This document shows, piece after piece, positions 1 to 9,320 of a stretch of DNA of 38,550 nt (positions are counted from its first letter, which is position 1; the number at the start of each line of letters is the position of its first letter). Made by a program: the position numbers and the translations under genes. Origin of the DNA: Candidatus Micrarchaeia archaeon (GTDB lineage: Archaea; Micrarchaeota; Micrarchaeia; CAILAH01); NCBI GenBank assembly GCA_049970015.1, contig JBMFNT010000001.1:1-38550 (forward strand), in the 5' to 3' direction. The notes under the pieces are model-generated. The model was given only the letters and a program-made list of their open reading frames with translations, searched no databases and was not told where the DNA came from.

Positions 1-186
1 CCTATTCACTTATTGCAACAAGTTCCCCGTTCACAATCTCAATCTCTTTTACGTTAGTTATGTGCATGATTTCATCCATATGTAGGCCGGGTATCATTGT
101 ATTCACTCACCTATTCACTTATTGCAACAAGTTCCCCGTTCACAATCTCAATCTCTTTTACGTTAGTTATGTGCATGATTTCATCC
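1..186. repeat. 77-bp exact direct duplication at contig start (1-77 = 110-186), probable assembly artefact
   Basis: Identical 77-mers 109 bp apart, copying the 3' end of valS; same length as the duplication at the other end. Confidence 0.9.
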
Positions 187-2477
187 TTTACTGCGTTTGC
201 CACACCTTCCAATTCTTTTGTTACTGTGATCTTGAGATTTGGTATTTCATCCTTCATTGACATCTTCCTTTGGTTCTTGTATTTTCTTATTTCTCCAACA
301 ACCTTTGATAAAAATTCGCCCGCACTTATACTAATCTCATCCACTTTTTCTATCATTGGCCACTCAGTTAGGTGGATGCTCTTAACTTTTTTATTCTCTT
401 TATTGTATATTTGCTGGTATATCTCTTCTGTTGTGAATACTACTATTGGCGCCATAAGTCGGAGTGACTCATCCAACACTTTTAGCAGTGTATATTGTGC
501 CGACCTTTTCAACTCTGTATCATTCCCATATATTCTGTACTTCACAAATTCTATGTAATCATCACAGAAATCATGCCAGAAGAAGTTCTTGATTTCGTTC
601 ATCGCATTGAAAAAGTCATAACTTTCATATGCAGCAGTTGCTTTTTCCTTAACCTTGTTCAGTTTTCCTATTATCCATTTATCTATCTGTGTGAGCCTTT
701 CGTTCCCGCTTCTTTCATCATAATCCTTACAGGCCATTTCAATAAACCGTGCTGCATTCCACAGTTTGGTTATGAAAGATTGTGCAAATTTCGTATCCTG
801 GTAATTGAAAGGTCTATCATGGGTAGATGCACCGCTCAGTGCAACCCATATTCGCACAGCATCCGCTGAATACTGTGAGATCAAGTTTTCTGGGTCAACT
901 ATGTTCCCCAAGCTCTTACTCATCTTCTTTCCATCAGGTCCGAGAACATTTCCATTCAAGAGAAGTTCTTTGAATGGAGCTTCACCGCTAAGCATAGTAC
1001 ACCTATATATTGTGTAGAATGCCCATGTACGTATTATTTCTATACCTTGCGGCCTGAGTGTTGATGGGTAATACCTCTCCCAACCTTCTTCCGGCCATCC
1101 TGCTATAATCAATGGTGTTATTGATGAATCAATCCAACAGTCAGCAACACTTTCCTCGGCTTGCATGAGATTACCGCATTTTTCACACTTAGTCTCTCTT
1201 GCGTTACTTGGGTCAAATGGTAATTCATTAATATCTGCTGCAGTAGTATTACCGCAGTTTTTACATACATAAAATGGCAGTGGTGTACCAAAATACCTTT
1301 TTCTTGAGATTACCCAATCCCACTCAATATAATTTGCCCAATCTATTAAGTACTGAAGTGTAAATTCAGGTATCCATTTCATTGATTTTGCAGCTTCTAT
1401 TATATCCCTTTGGTACCCATCAATCTTACAGAACCATTGAGATGACAGCTTTAGCTCTACGGGTGTTTCACACCTGTCATGGATCTTTACAACCTGATCC
1501 AATGGTTCAACCCTGATCACTTTTCCTTCATTCATGAGCTTTTCCAGTATTTTCTTTCTTGCCTCCTCAAGCGATAGGCCATCAAACTCTCCAGAGTTCT
1601 TAATACATCCAGTCTCATCTATTGCATCTATTATAGGTAGGTTGTGCCTGTATGTCCATATAACATCCTGTTTATCACCAAATGTGCACACCATTACTAC
1701 TCCAGTACCAAAATCTTTCTCAACATCTATGTCAGATAATACCTTAACTTTCTTTCCGAGTGGTGTTTCAATCCACTTTCCAACAATGTCCTTGTACCTG
1801 TCATCTTGTGGATGTACAAAAACAGCAACACATGCGTGCAAGTACTCTGGACGTGTTGTTGCAATAGGTATTTCACGACCATCCTCAAGCCTGAACTTTA
1901 GGTAATTTAATTTTGTTTGGCGCGTAATCTCGCCAGTCTCGGCCTTTGCAATAGCACTTACACAGTGTGGACACCAGAAAACTGGGTGTGTTCCCATATA
2001 TACAAGGCCATCTTCATACATTTTTATTAGGGACAACTGGACTTTCTTATGATAGTCTGGTGACATCGTTATATACTCCCGGCTCCAATCTGCAGAGAAC
2101 CCCATTCTCTGCATCTGTTTTCGCATTGTTGCTATGAACTCATGTGTCCATTCCTTGCATTTTTGTACAAATTGTTCCCGAGGCAGTTTTCCATACTTAT
2201 TTTCAACCTTTACTTCTGTAGGAAACCCTTGTGTATCCCATCCCTGTGGGTAAAGGACATTATACCCACGCATGCGTTTGAACCGTGCCGCAAAATCAAA
2301 CAATGAATAGCTTAACACATGCCCCATATGTAGCTTGCCAGATGTAAATGGGGGGGGTGTGTCTATTATGTACAAAGGCTTGTTCCTATCTTCATCAAAT
2401 TTATATAAGTTCTCCTTTACCCATCTCTCTGCAATCCTTTCTTCAAGCATTTTGTCATATTTATCCATCAGTTCCAC
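111..2477 (-). CDS. valS: Valine--tRNA ligase (archaeal type)
   Basis: 788 aa; DTPPPFTSGKLHMGH (HIGH motif), GWDTQG, ATTRPE, DWVISR, KMSKSLGN. Confidence 0.97.
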   Translation of the reverse strand: MELMDKYDKMLEERIAERWVKENLYKFDEDRNKPLYIIDTPPPFTSGKLHMGHVLSYSLFDFAARFKRMRGYNVLYPQGWDTQGFPTEVKVENKYGKLPREQFVQKCKEWTHEFIATMRKQMQRMGFSADWSREYITMSPDYHKKVQLSLIKMYEDGLVYMGTHPVFWCPHCVSAIAKAETGEITRQTKLNYLKFRLEDGREIPIATTRPEYLHACVAVFVHPQDDRYKDIVGKWIETPLGKKVKVLSDIDVEKDFGTGVVMVCTFGDKQDVIWTYRHNLPIIDAIDETGCIKNSGEFDGLSLEEARKKILEKLMNEGKVIRVEPLDQVVKIHDRCETPVELKLSSQWFCKIDGYQRDIIEAAKSMKWIPEFTLQYLIDWANYIEWDWVISRKRYFGTPLPFYVCKNCGNTTAADINELPFDPSNARETKCEKCGNLMQAEESVADCWIDSSITPLIIAGWPEEGWERYYPSTLRPQGIEIIRTWAFYTIYRCTMLSGEAPFKELLLNGNVLGPDGKKMSKSLGNIVDPENLISQYSADAVRIWVALSGASTHDRPFNYQDTKFAQSFITKLWNAARFIEMACKDYDERSGNERLTQIDKWIIGKLNKVKEKATAAYESYDFFNAMNEIKNFFWHDFCDDYIEFVKYRIYGNDTELKRSAQYTLLKVLDESLRLMAPIVVFTTEEIYQQIYNKENKKVKSIHLTEWPMIEKVDEISISAGEFLSKVVGEIRKYKNQRKMSMKDEIPNLKITVTKELEGVANAVKDEIMHITNVKEIEIVNGELVAISE

Positions 2478-2540
2478 CAGCCATTAACCAATTAGTTTCA
2501 TAATAAAAACATTTTTAATTTGATACGCCAAAATAGGTAT

Positions 2541-2969
2541 ATGTATTTGGCTACTGGGAAGGGACAGGCGAGCACAGAATTCCTATTCATACTAGGAATA
2601 GCAGTAATGCTCATATTTGCTCTTGTGTATACAATAATTCCAACAATGCTTGATTTCTCATCATTTTCTGAGGTTGCACAGGCCGAGCGCTCGCTATCAA
2701 AGATTGCAAATACCATAAAAGCAGTTTCATCTTACGGACCGGGCACGAACACTACTTTGTATACTTACCTACCCGCTGGAAACATTAGCTATACAGACGA
2801 CAAGTTTATTGTATATAAGATGAGTACAAAAGATGGAACCACAAACATTGTGCAGAAAGTAGGTGTAAGCGTTGATATTACAGATACAGAATTTGAAAAC
2901 GGGGGCATAAAGTGTGTTACTATTTCAAAAGAAATTGAAAAAGTTTCAGTAGTATTTAATAAATGCTAA
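2541..2969 (+). CDS. Class III signal peptide protein (archaeal type IV pilin-like)
   Basis: KG/QASTEF followed by a hydrophobic helix (LFILGIAVMLIFALV); ATG 2541 preferred over the ORF-track start at 2520. Confidence 0.8.
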   Translation: MYLATGKGQASTEFLFILGIAVMLIFALVYTIIPTMLDFSSFSEVAQAERSLSKIANTIKAVSSYGPGTNTTLYTYLPAGNISYTDDKFIVYKMSTKDGTTNIVQKVGVSVDITDTEFENGGIKCVTISKEIEKVSVVFNKC

Positions 2970-4069
2970 ACTTCTCTCATATTTCTTTCATTTCCAATGC
3001 GCATAGTTCTCTTCTTCCCACTTCTCTTTTTTGCAACAGAAAGCAACTCTTTCATTGCTCCCTGTGTTGCTGTTCGTATATCCCAATCAGCATTTGATAC
3101 AAAAAGTATATTATCACTCTTCACTCTTACTTTAACCTCATACCTACTCCTTAATCCTTTGTACCGTTGCTTTTTGTAATGCAACGCAACATATTCTATT
3201 CGCATGATTTTCTTTAGTTTTTCCACGGTATTTTCCACAGTATCTCTTATTTCCGGAAGATATTCCTCATCTGAAGCATCAAGACCGCTGTAGTAGACTG
3301 GCTTGGCCTCTCTCTGTGCTGCAATATACTCAAATAAGTCCTTAACACTCAGGATACCAACAGGCCGATCCCCTTCACTCACCACAATGGAAGATGCATT
3401 TGAATCATGCAGTATTGTAATAGCATCGGCAATCTTCGCAGTTGGTGGTAGCGTAATTACCTCAGTTACCATGTAATCACGAACCGGCTGCTTGTCTGAG
3501 CTTATACGATCGCGGACGAAAGGCAACCTTGTTCTGCCAGATTCATAGATGGTTAGCAAGTCTCTCATTGCAATTATTCCCGCAAGACGTCCATTATCAG
3601 TAACAACAACTCTTCTTATGTGGTTTTTTCTCATTATCTCCCGTGCCTTTCCAACACTTTCGCTTGCTTCGATTGTATGCACGGGCACAGTCATTATCTC
3701 ACCAACCGACACATTTGGGAGCAACTTTTGCGTATACAAATATTTGAGAAGCTTGTTCCTTCGCAATACTTTTATTCCTGAAGCAGTAGTTATTGGAAGT
3801 GCCTTAAATCTGCCATTAAGAAATGCTTTCACAGCATCGCGCACATCTATGTTTTCGTGTAGGAGGGGTGCATTGACACATACATTTGAGAGTTTCTCAT
3901 GCGATGGATCTATTACCTCCCTTACATCCATCTCATCAAATATACCAAAGTATTCCCCATTTTTCTTAACCACAACACACGGTGCACCCTTCATCAGCTC
4001 TGACATTGCTAAAGATACGGGTTCATTTGCATCCATCTCAACAGCTTCCTCAAATTCCACACCACTCAC
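2966..4069 (-). CDS. CBS-domain protein (two Bateman pairs) with C-terminal HPF/RaiA-like domain; candidate ribosome hibernation factor
   Basis: CBS motifs (VGEIMTVPVHTI, IRRVVVTDNGRLAGIIA, VRDYMVTEVITL, PVGILSVKDL); last ~110 aa show an HPF-like beta-alpha-beta-beta-beta-alpha pattern (RYEVKVRV...ADWDIRTATQGAMKEL). Confidence 0.75.
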   Translation of the reverse strand: MSGVEFEEAVEMDANEPVSLAMSELMKGAPCVVVKKNGEYFGIFDEMDVREVIDPSHEKLSNVCVNAPLLHENIDVRDAVKAFLNGRFKALPITTASGIKVLRRNKLLKYLYTQKLLPNVSVGEIMTVPVHTIEASESVGKAREIMRKNHIRRVVVTDNGRLAGIIAMRDLLTIYESGRTRLPFVRDRISSDKQPVRDYMVTEVITLPPTAKIADAITILHDSNASSIVVSEGDRPVGILSVKDLFEYIAAQREAKPVYYSGLDASDEEYLPEIRDTVENTVEKLKKIMRIEYVALHYKKQRYKGLRSRYEVKVRVKSDNILFVSNADWDIRTATQGAMKELLSVAKKRSGKKRTMRIGNERNMREV

Positions 4070-4368
4070 CTCTTTATTTTAGAAGACAATACTCTGTAAT
4101 CTTCATCAGAAATTATCATACTCATATTTATAAGCTGTCCCATGTAATCCATGTATTCAATGTTAACGAGGTATTTTGAGAATGGAAGCTCACGCACTAT
4201 CTTTACACTGTTTATCATCTCGGAAGGCACATCCTTTTTATACTCACTAGTTTCAAGCACTAACCCCCTCTCCATAATAAAAACTTCGCCTTTCTTATCA
4301 AACATATCGGACTTATAGAATGGGAACCGCCTTATCACCTTTCCCAATATGCTGGCCATACTATGCAC
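4066..4368 (-). CDS. Hypothetical protein (~100 aa, beta-rich, possibly PH-like fold)
   Basis: Overlaps the CBS gene start by 4 nt, implying coupling; start may be ATG 4359. Confidence 0.65.
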   Translation of the reverse strand: MHSMASILGKVIRRFPFYKSDMFDKKGEVFIMERGLVLETSEYKKDVPSEMINSVKIVRELPFSKYLVNIEYMDYMGQLINMSMIISDEDYRVLSSKIKR

Positions 4369-4421
4369 CTACTAATAATTCTTCATCTACGTTTATTAAT
4401 GTTATGTTTGATATTTTAGTT

Positions 4422-4895
4422 ATGGAATTGAAATCTAAAAGGGCACAGTCATCTCTTGAGTATCTTATGACATATGGATGGGCGATCATAATACTAGTAG
4501 CTGTGTTGTCTGTTCTGTATTCGCTGGGTGTGTTTGATCCACAGCAGTACATGAATGAGGAATGTCTTTTCCAGCCCAGCCTGCAGTGCAAGTCTATGAG
4601 CCTTAAGACAAATGGTGAGTTTGAGTTAAAGTTGAGCAATGGATTGGGATATACTCTGGAAAGTGTAAATGCAAGTGTGAATGTCTTGAGTACTGGGGAA
4701 AGTACTCAGTCAACAACGCCTCAGGTTTCAGTTGATCCTAACAGCGATATTGTGGTAAATGCAACCCTCAAGAATACTGGCACTTTCCGAGTTGGGACAA
4801 TTGAGAAGGTAAAAATAACAATAAACTATGAATTGAATGAAAAAGAATACTCAACAAGCGGAATTGTTGCAGTAAGGGTTAGTCCAAGTAAGTAA
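4422..4895 (+). CDS. Class III signal peptide protein (type IV pilin-like)
   Basis: KRA/QSSLEYLMTYGWAIIILVAVLSVLYSLG prepilin N-terminus, Cys pair, beta-rich C-terminus; start moved to ATG 4422. Confidence 0.85.
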   Translation: MELKSKRAQSSLEYLMTYGWAIIILVAVLSVLYSLGVFDPQQYMNEECLFQPSLQCKSMSLKTNGEFELKLSNGLGYTLESVNASVNVLSTGESTQSTTPQVSVDPNSDIVVNATLKNTGTFRVGTIEKVKITINYELNEKEYSTSGIVAVRVSPSK

Positions 4896-4920
4896 ATCAA
4901 AAAGATAAGTGCTGGCCCAA

Positions 4921-6177
4921 TTAGCACGATTTAGACTTAGTTATATAGGCAGGAACATCTTTTACTGGAATGGTTTTCTGCTCACCTGTTTGTAGGTTTT
5001 TTAATGTTATACCGCCATCCTTCTCTTCCTTATCACCGATTATCCCCACAAACATTACACCTATTGAAGATGCATAGTCGAGCTGTTTTCTCATGTTTCT
5101 TCCCATCAGGTCAACCCTTACATTAACACCTTTTTTCCTGAGTTCTTCTGCATACTTTACACAGGTGTTATAGTTCTTCTCAGTGACATTTACAAGAACT
5201 ATATCCGTGCAGGTAGTACTTTTGTTATCACCCTTTATAATCTGTGCAATCCTATCAATGCCAAAAGATATACCTACCGCTGGCACATCACGTCCAGCAT
5301 AAATCCCTATAAGGTTATCATACCTCCCACCCGCTACAAGCGTTCCCAACCGCTTGTCTATCCCCTTTATTTCATAAACAATACCTGTATAATACCCCAA
5401 CCCTCTTATAACTGAGGGATCAAACTTGTACTTATTTCTATCAATGTTATACATACTGAGAAGGTTAAGGAGCCTACTTATCTCACCAGTAGCTTCTTTA
5501 CAACTATCTATGTCCTCATAATAACTCAGGTCATGTGAAAACTCTTCTATTATTTCTTCTGCATTCTCAAACCCGTTATCACGCAGCTCTTTTAGTATGT
5601 CTTCCCTTTCCTTTTTGTCAAGCTTGTCTATTATGCGCATAGCCACCTCCGCACGTTCTCCTTTTATTCCAATACGTTCAAGCACTCCTGCCACCAGTTT
5701 CCTGCTGTTTATGAGCACTTCATATTTATCTATGCCAAGCTCATCAAGCGTTCTGCATGCACATGTAATCAACTCTGCCTCGCACTCAACACCACTACTT
5801 CCTACAATGTCAGCATCTGCTTGTATGAACTCTCTGTACCTACCGTATTGGGGCTCCTCACGCCTCCATACTTTCTCAATACAATATCTCTTAAAAGGTA
5901 ATGGAAGGCCTAAGTTTTCTGAGAGCATCCGTGCAAGTGATACAGTAAGGTCAAACCTGAGCCCAAGCTCCCCATCATCTATCCTGAAAATTTCTGTCTT
6001 TATACCTTCTCCGCTTTTTGCCTCAAGTACACTCAGCAGTTCAATTGCTGGGTGAGACACCGGATCAAATCCATAAGCCTTATAGTTCTTCTCAATGATC
6101 CCAAGAATTCTCTTATAGATTATTTCATCTCCAGGCATTATGTCTCGCATGCCTCTCGCGCGGCCAGCCATACACAT
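4921..6177 (-). CDS. hisS: Histidine--tRNA ligase
   Basis: RGMRD, LRFDLTVSLAR, RREEPQYGRYREFIQADADIVG, RGLGYYTG, GGRYDNL, anticodon-binding domain; start may be 6171. Confidence 0.97.
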   Translation of the reverse strand: MCMAGRARGMRDIMPGDEIIYKRILGIIEKNYKAYGFDPVSHPAIELLSVLEAKSGEGIKTEIFRIDDGELGLRFDLTVSLARMLSENLGLPLPFKRYCIEKVWRREEPQYGRYREFIQADADIVGSSGVECEAELITCACRTLDELGIDKYEVLINSRKLVAGVLERIGIKGERAEVAMRIIDKLDKKEREDILKELRDNGFENAEEIIEEFSHDLSYYEDIDSCKEATGEISRLLNLLSMYNIDRNKYKFDPSVIRGLGYYTGIVYEIKGIDKRLGTLVAGGRYDNLIGIYAGRDVPAVGISFGIDRIAQIIKGDNKSTTCTDIVLVNVTEKNYNTCVKYAEELRKKGVNVRVDLMGRNMRKQLDYASSIGVMFVGIIGDKEEKDGGITLKNLQTGEQKTIPVKDVPAYITKSKSC

Positions 6178-6230
6178 ATCTAAATGACAACATATTTAAA
6201 TTATTCGGAAGAAAACTCTTCAGTGATACT

Positions 6231-7058
6231 ATGCCTCCAAGCAAGAAAGAACCATTTATAGACTACTTGGCATCGTTTTTCCCTGACTTGCACAAGAAAT
6301 TGCGCATGGCTAAGATTAAGAAAGCTGAGAATGATTATATACGTGATGCCCTAATATACTCAGTCCTTGTTTTTATGATATTGCTTATTATGCTCGTGCT
6401 CTTGTTTATCACAGCAGGTATAAACCTTGCTTGGCTTTTGCTTATTGCACCCATAACCTTGCTTGCGTCTTTTCTATTTTTCATGAAGCGTGTTGATGTT
6501 ATAATAGCTTCACGTGAAAGGAAAATCGATAAAGAGCTGCTGTTTGCTGGGAGACAATTAGTGATTGAAATAAAAGCAGGTATTCCACTCTATGATGCCA
6601 TTACTCACTTAACAGCAGATTATGGTGAGGCAAGCAAGGTTTTTAGAGAAGTAATAGACAAGACAAACTTGGGGGTACCGCTCGATGTTGCAATGGAGGA
6701 TGTTGCAGATGAAACTCCTTCAAAGCCTTTCAAGCGTATTGTGCTACAAATGGTAAACTCAATACGGTCTGGGTCTGATATAGGAATTGCACTTGAGACT
6801 ATACTCGATCAGTTGTCACAGGAACAACTTATAGAGATAAAAGTATACAGCCAAAAGCTTAACCCATTGGGCATGTTCTATATGCTGTTCGGTATAATAG
6901 TGCCTTCATTGGGTGTTACGCTTGCAGTCACACTGCTAACATTTACAGGGGTTGCGCTAAGCCCTATGTTCTTATGGGGCATACTTGTGGTAATAATTAT
7001 CGTGCAGTACATATTCCTTACGATGATAGAAACATCACGGCCTAAGTTTGAGGTATAG
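6231..7058 (+). CDS. Type II secretion system F / TadC-FlaJ family pilus platform protein
   Basis: N- and C-terminal TM helices around a T2SSF domain (IKAGIPLYDAI, YGEASKVF, GVPLDVAM, SGSDIG). Confidence 0.88.
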   Translation: MPPSKKEPFIDYLASFFPDLHKKLRMAKIKKAENDYIRDALIYSVLVFMILLIMLVLLFITAGINLAWLLLIAPITLLASFLFFMKRVDVIIASRERKIDKELLFAGRQLVIEIKAGIPLYDAITHLTADYGEASKVFREVIDKTNLGVPLDVAMEDVADETPSKPFKRIVLQMVNSIRSGSDIGIALETILDQLSQEQLIEIKVYSQKLNPLGMFYMLFGIIVPSLGVTLAVTLLTFTGVALSPMFLWGILVVIIIVQYIFLTMIETSRPKFEV

Positions 7059-7070
7059 GAGGTTGTTTGA

Positions 7071-8117
7071 ATGGCATTCTCATATGAAAATGTAGGAAGA
7101 GTGTTTCCAAGAGGTATAGTACGCCTGGTAGGTAAGAATACATATATGGCTGGCATGACCCATGAGCCTGAGTGGATACTGGGTGCATTGCTGTCCTTTT
7201 CACTACTTCTTGGTGCATTGCTGTTTGTAGTACTTGTCATATCTACCGATCTGGTTTCTACATTTTCTTCACTGTTCATGGGGTTGGGTACTGTGGTTGC
7301 ACTTGCGATAGGCACCATTCTTATGTTTATATCAGTTGAGTTGTTCTCTTTTGCTCTCATGTCGATAGTGCTCTACGGTTATCTTTTGGTACAGATGGAT
7401 GCACGAAAGCGTGAGGTTGAGGCAGTACTCCCTGATTTCCTGCAGTTATCGGCAGCAAACGCGCGTGCCGGTCTTCCCATAGAACAGGCACTTTGGAGGG
7501 CTGCAACACCAGAGTTTGGTGCCTTGTCTAGGGAAGTTCAAACAGCTATGAAAAGAACATTCAGTGGTGAAGCGATATCAGATTCACTGACATATCTTTC
7601 AGATAGGTTCAATTCAAAGTACCTGCAAAGGACTGTAAGCGTTATCAAATTTGGCATAGAATCCGGTGGTGAGATTGGCGAAATACTCGAGAGGACGGCA
7701 TCTGACCTGAGAAAGATGCAGATTATGTATAAGGAGGCAAGCTCATCAATGCTTATGTATGTCATATTCATAACATTTGCTGCACTTATAGGTGCACCAT
7801 TCCTGTTTGCCGTTTCGTATAAGCTGATCGCAACATTGAGTGCCGTATGGATGGCAGTACCACCAACACAACAGTTTACATCGTTTGGCCTTATCTCTTT
7901 TTCACCACCAGAGATAAGTGCAGATGACTTTAGGCTGTTCTCAATACTATCGATCTCCATAACATCCATATTTGCATCTTTTATCCTATCAATAATAATG
8001 AGTGGGACAACAAGAGAAGGCATCAAGATGTTGCCTTTCTTTCTGATCGCAGGCCTTGGCCTATTGTTTATTTTCATTGGCATTGTAAACTCTTTGCTCT
8101 CGAATCTGTTTATATAA
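7071..8117 (+). CDS. Type II secretion system F / TadC-FlaJ family pilus platform protein (second paralog)
   Basis: LPDFLQLSAANARAGLPIEQAL, FGALSREV, ESGGEIGEILE; multiple TMs; GGAGGT SD upstream. Confidence 0.9.
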   Translation: MAFSYENVGRVFPRGIVRLVGKNTYMAGMTHEPEWILGALLSFSLLLGALLFVVLVISTDLVSTFSSLFMGLGTVVALAIGTILMFISVELFSFALMSIVLYGYLLVQMDARKREVEAVLPDFLQLSAANARAGLPIEQALWRAATPEFGALSREVQTAMKRTFSGEAISDSLTYLSDRFNSKYLQRTVSVIKFGIESGGEIGEILERTASDLRKMQIMYKEASSSMLMYVIFITFAALIGAPFLFAVSYKLIATLSAVWMAVPPTQQFTSFGLISFSPPEISADDFRLFSILSISITSIFASFILSIIMSGTTREGIKMLPFFLIAGLGLLFIFIGIVNSLLSNLFI

Positions 8118-8150
8118 TTTTTAATTTTCAGCTAATCATAGTAGGATACT

Positions 8151-8242
8151 GCCCCCGTAGCTCAGCGGTAGAGCACTCGCCTCGTATGTGTATGTAACAC
8201 ATTGAAAGCGAGGGGTCGTGGGTTCAAATCCCACCGGGGGCT
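8151..8242 (+). tRNA. tRNA-Thr(CGT) with 20-nt intron at 37/38 (intron 8187-8206); CCA not encoded
   Basis: Acceptor GCCCCCG/CGGGGGC, D arm GCTC/GAGC, anticodon stem CTCGC/GCGAG with CGT at 8183-8185, T arm GTGGG-TTCAAAT-CCCAC; TTTATATA box ~35 nt upstream. Confidence 0.95.
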
Positions 8243-8256
8243 TTATTTCTAATCCC

Positions 8257-9320
8257 CTAGTATTTCTTAGATATGTTTTTCCATGTTTTGTAAGCGAGCT
8301 TTTCTGTCCCATCTACTTTTATCAATCCAACTGCATCATTCTCGTTTAAATCATGGAGCCATGGCCATCCGAACAGTTGCAGGTTTACTCCCCTATCCAT
8401 CGTTAACCTCCTGGTTGCTTGCATTATGAATTCTGCCTGTGCCTCTTCCCCACCAAACACATCAAGCGATGGCCAAGCAATTTCACTAAAGCCAAATGGC
8501 TTTCCTGGCATGTAATCTGCTGCTCTGGAATAATAATCATCTGGTATCATTGAAGGATCAGTTTTACCAGTGGCATATGGATAACTTGTGAAAACAAGCA
8601 AATCCATCTTATCAGGATTGAATAAGCGGAGAACTTCTAAGTTTGCTTCTCTATTTTCAGAAACAATCTCTCTGGCGAATACACAGAACACTTTTGTTTC
8701 TGGTGAAATCTTTTTAACCTCATCATAATCTCTTCGTAAAGTGAAACATAGTTTCTGAAACCATTCGGCCCGTCCATGCCATATTTTTCATACCATCTGT
8801 TGACCTCATTTCCAAGCGATAGATATTTTGGATGGCTTGCCTTCACAACATCAATGGCTGCCTGCTTATATGCTGCTCTCCATTTTGGATTGCTCAATGT
8901 TGCATTCTGCATCCCTGGAGGTACCATAAGTGTTAAATCATTGTCCATAAAAGACATATGGACTATTGGAAACATGCCGTTGCCTCGTATGTATTGCTTA
9001 ACAAACAATCTGCCCCAATCACCACTTAAGTCAGAGGAGAGGTTGTAAAACGGTGTTGGTCTTCCCCACACAGGAACAAATTCAGAATACTGTGCTGCTT
9101 GCATATATGCATCTTCAAACGATTGGCCCTTAGCAGGACTAGGCAATACTCCCATGAAAAATCCTCTTGAAGGAAGTTGTGGAGAATCAGTGGTAACTGC
9201 TGCCTCAGCATGTTTCAATGAATCATTTAGGTCTGTTTTAGGCTTTGCTCCCTTCCCTAAGCACCCGCTTATTAGCACAAAGAAAAGCAAAAGCAAAACA
9301 ATGCCAACTTTTATACTCAT
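8257..9320 (-). pseudogene. Frameshifted lipoprotein glycoside hydrolase (clan GH-A TIM barrel-like), ~354 aa if repaired
   Basis: Lipobox LISGC; YLSLGNEVN acid/base motif in ORF 8637-9323 and FGFSEIAWPS nucleophile motif in ORF 8257-8691; one added base at 8727-8728 joins them (YEEIYDEVKKISPETKVF). Confidence 0.8.

Noticed and set aside
1..186. Terminal repeats as CRISPR array, att sites or viral/plasmid termini
   Set aside because: Only two copies each, both copy coding sequence of adjacent housekeeping genes, the left and right repeats differ, and no cas or integrase genes are present
8720..8735. Programmed frameshift or phase variation in the GH gene
   Set aside because: No slippery heptamer or long homopolymer at the inferred break; a simple 1-nt deletion or consensus error is more likely
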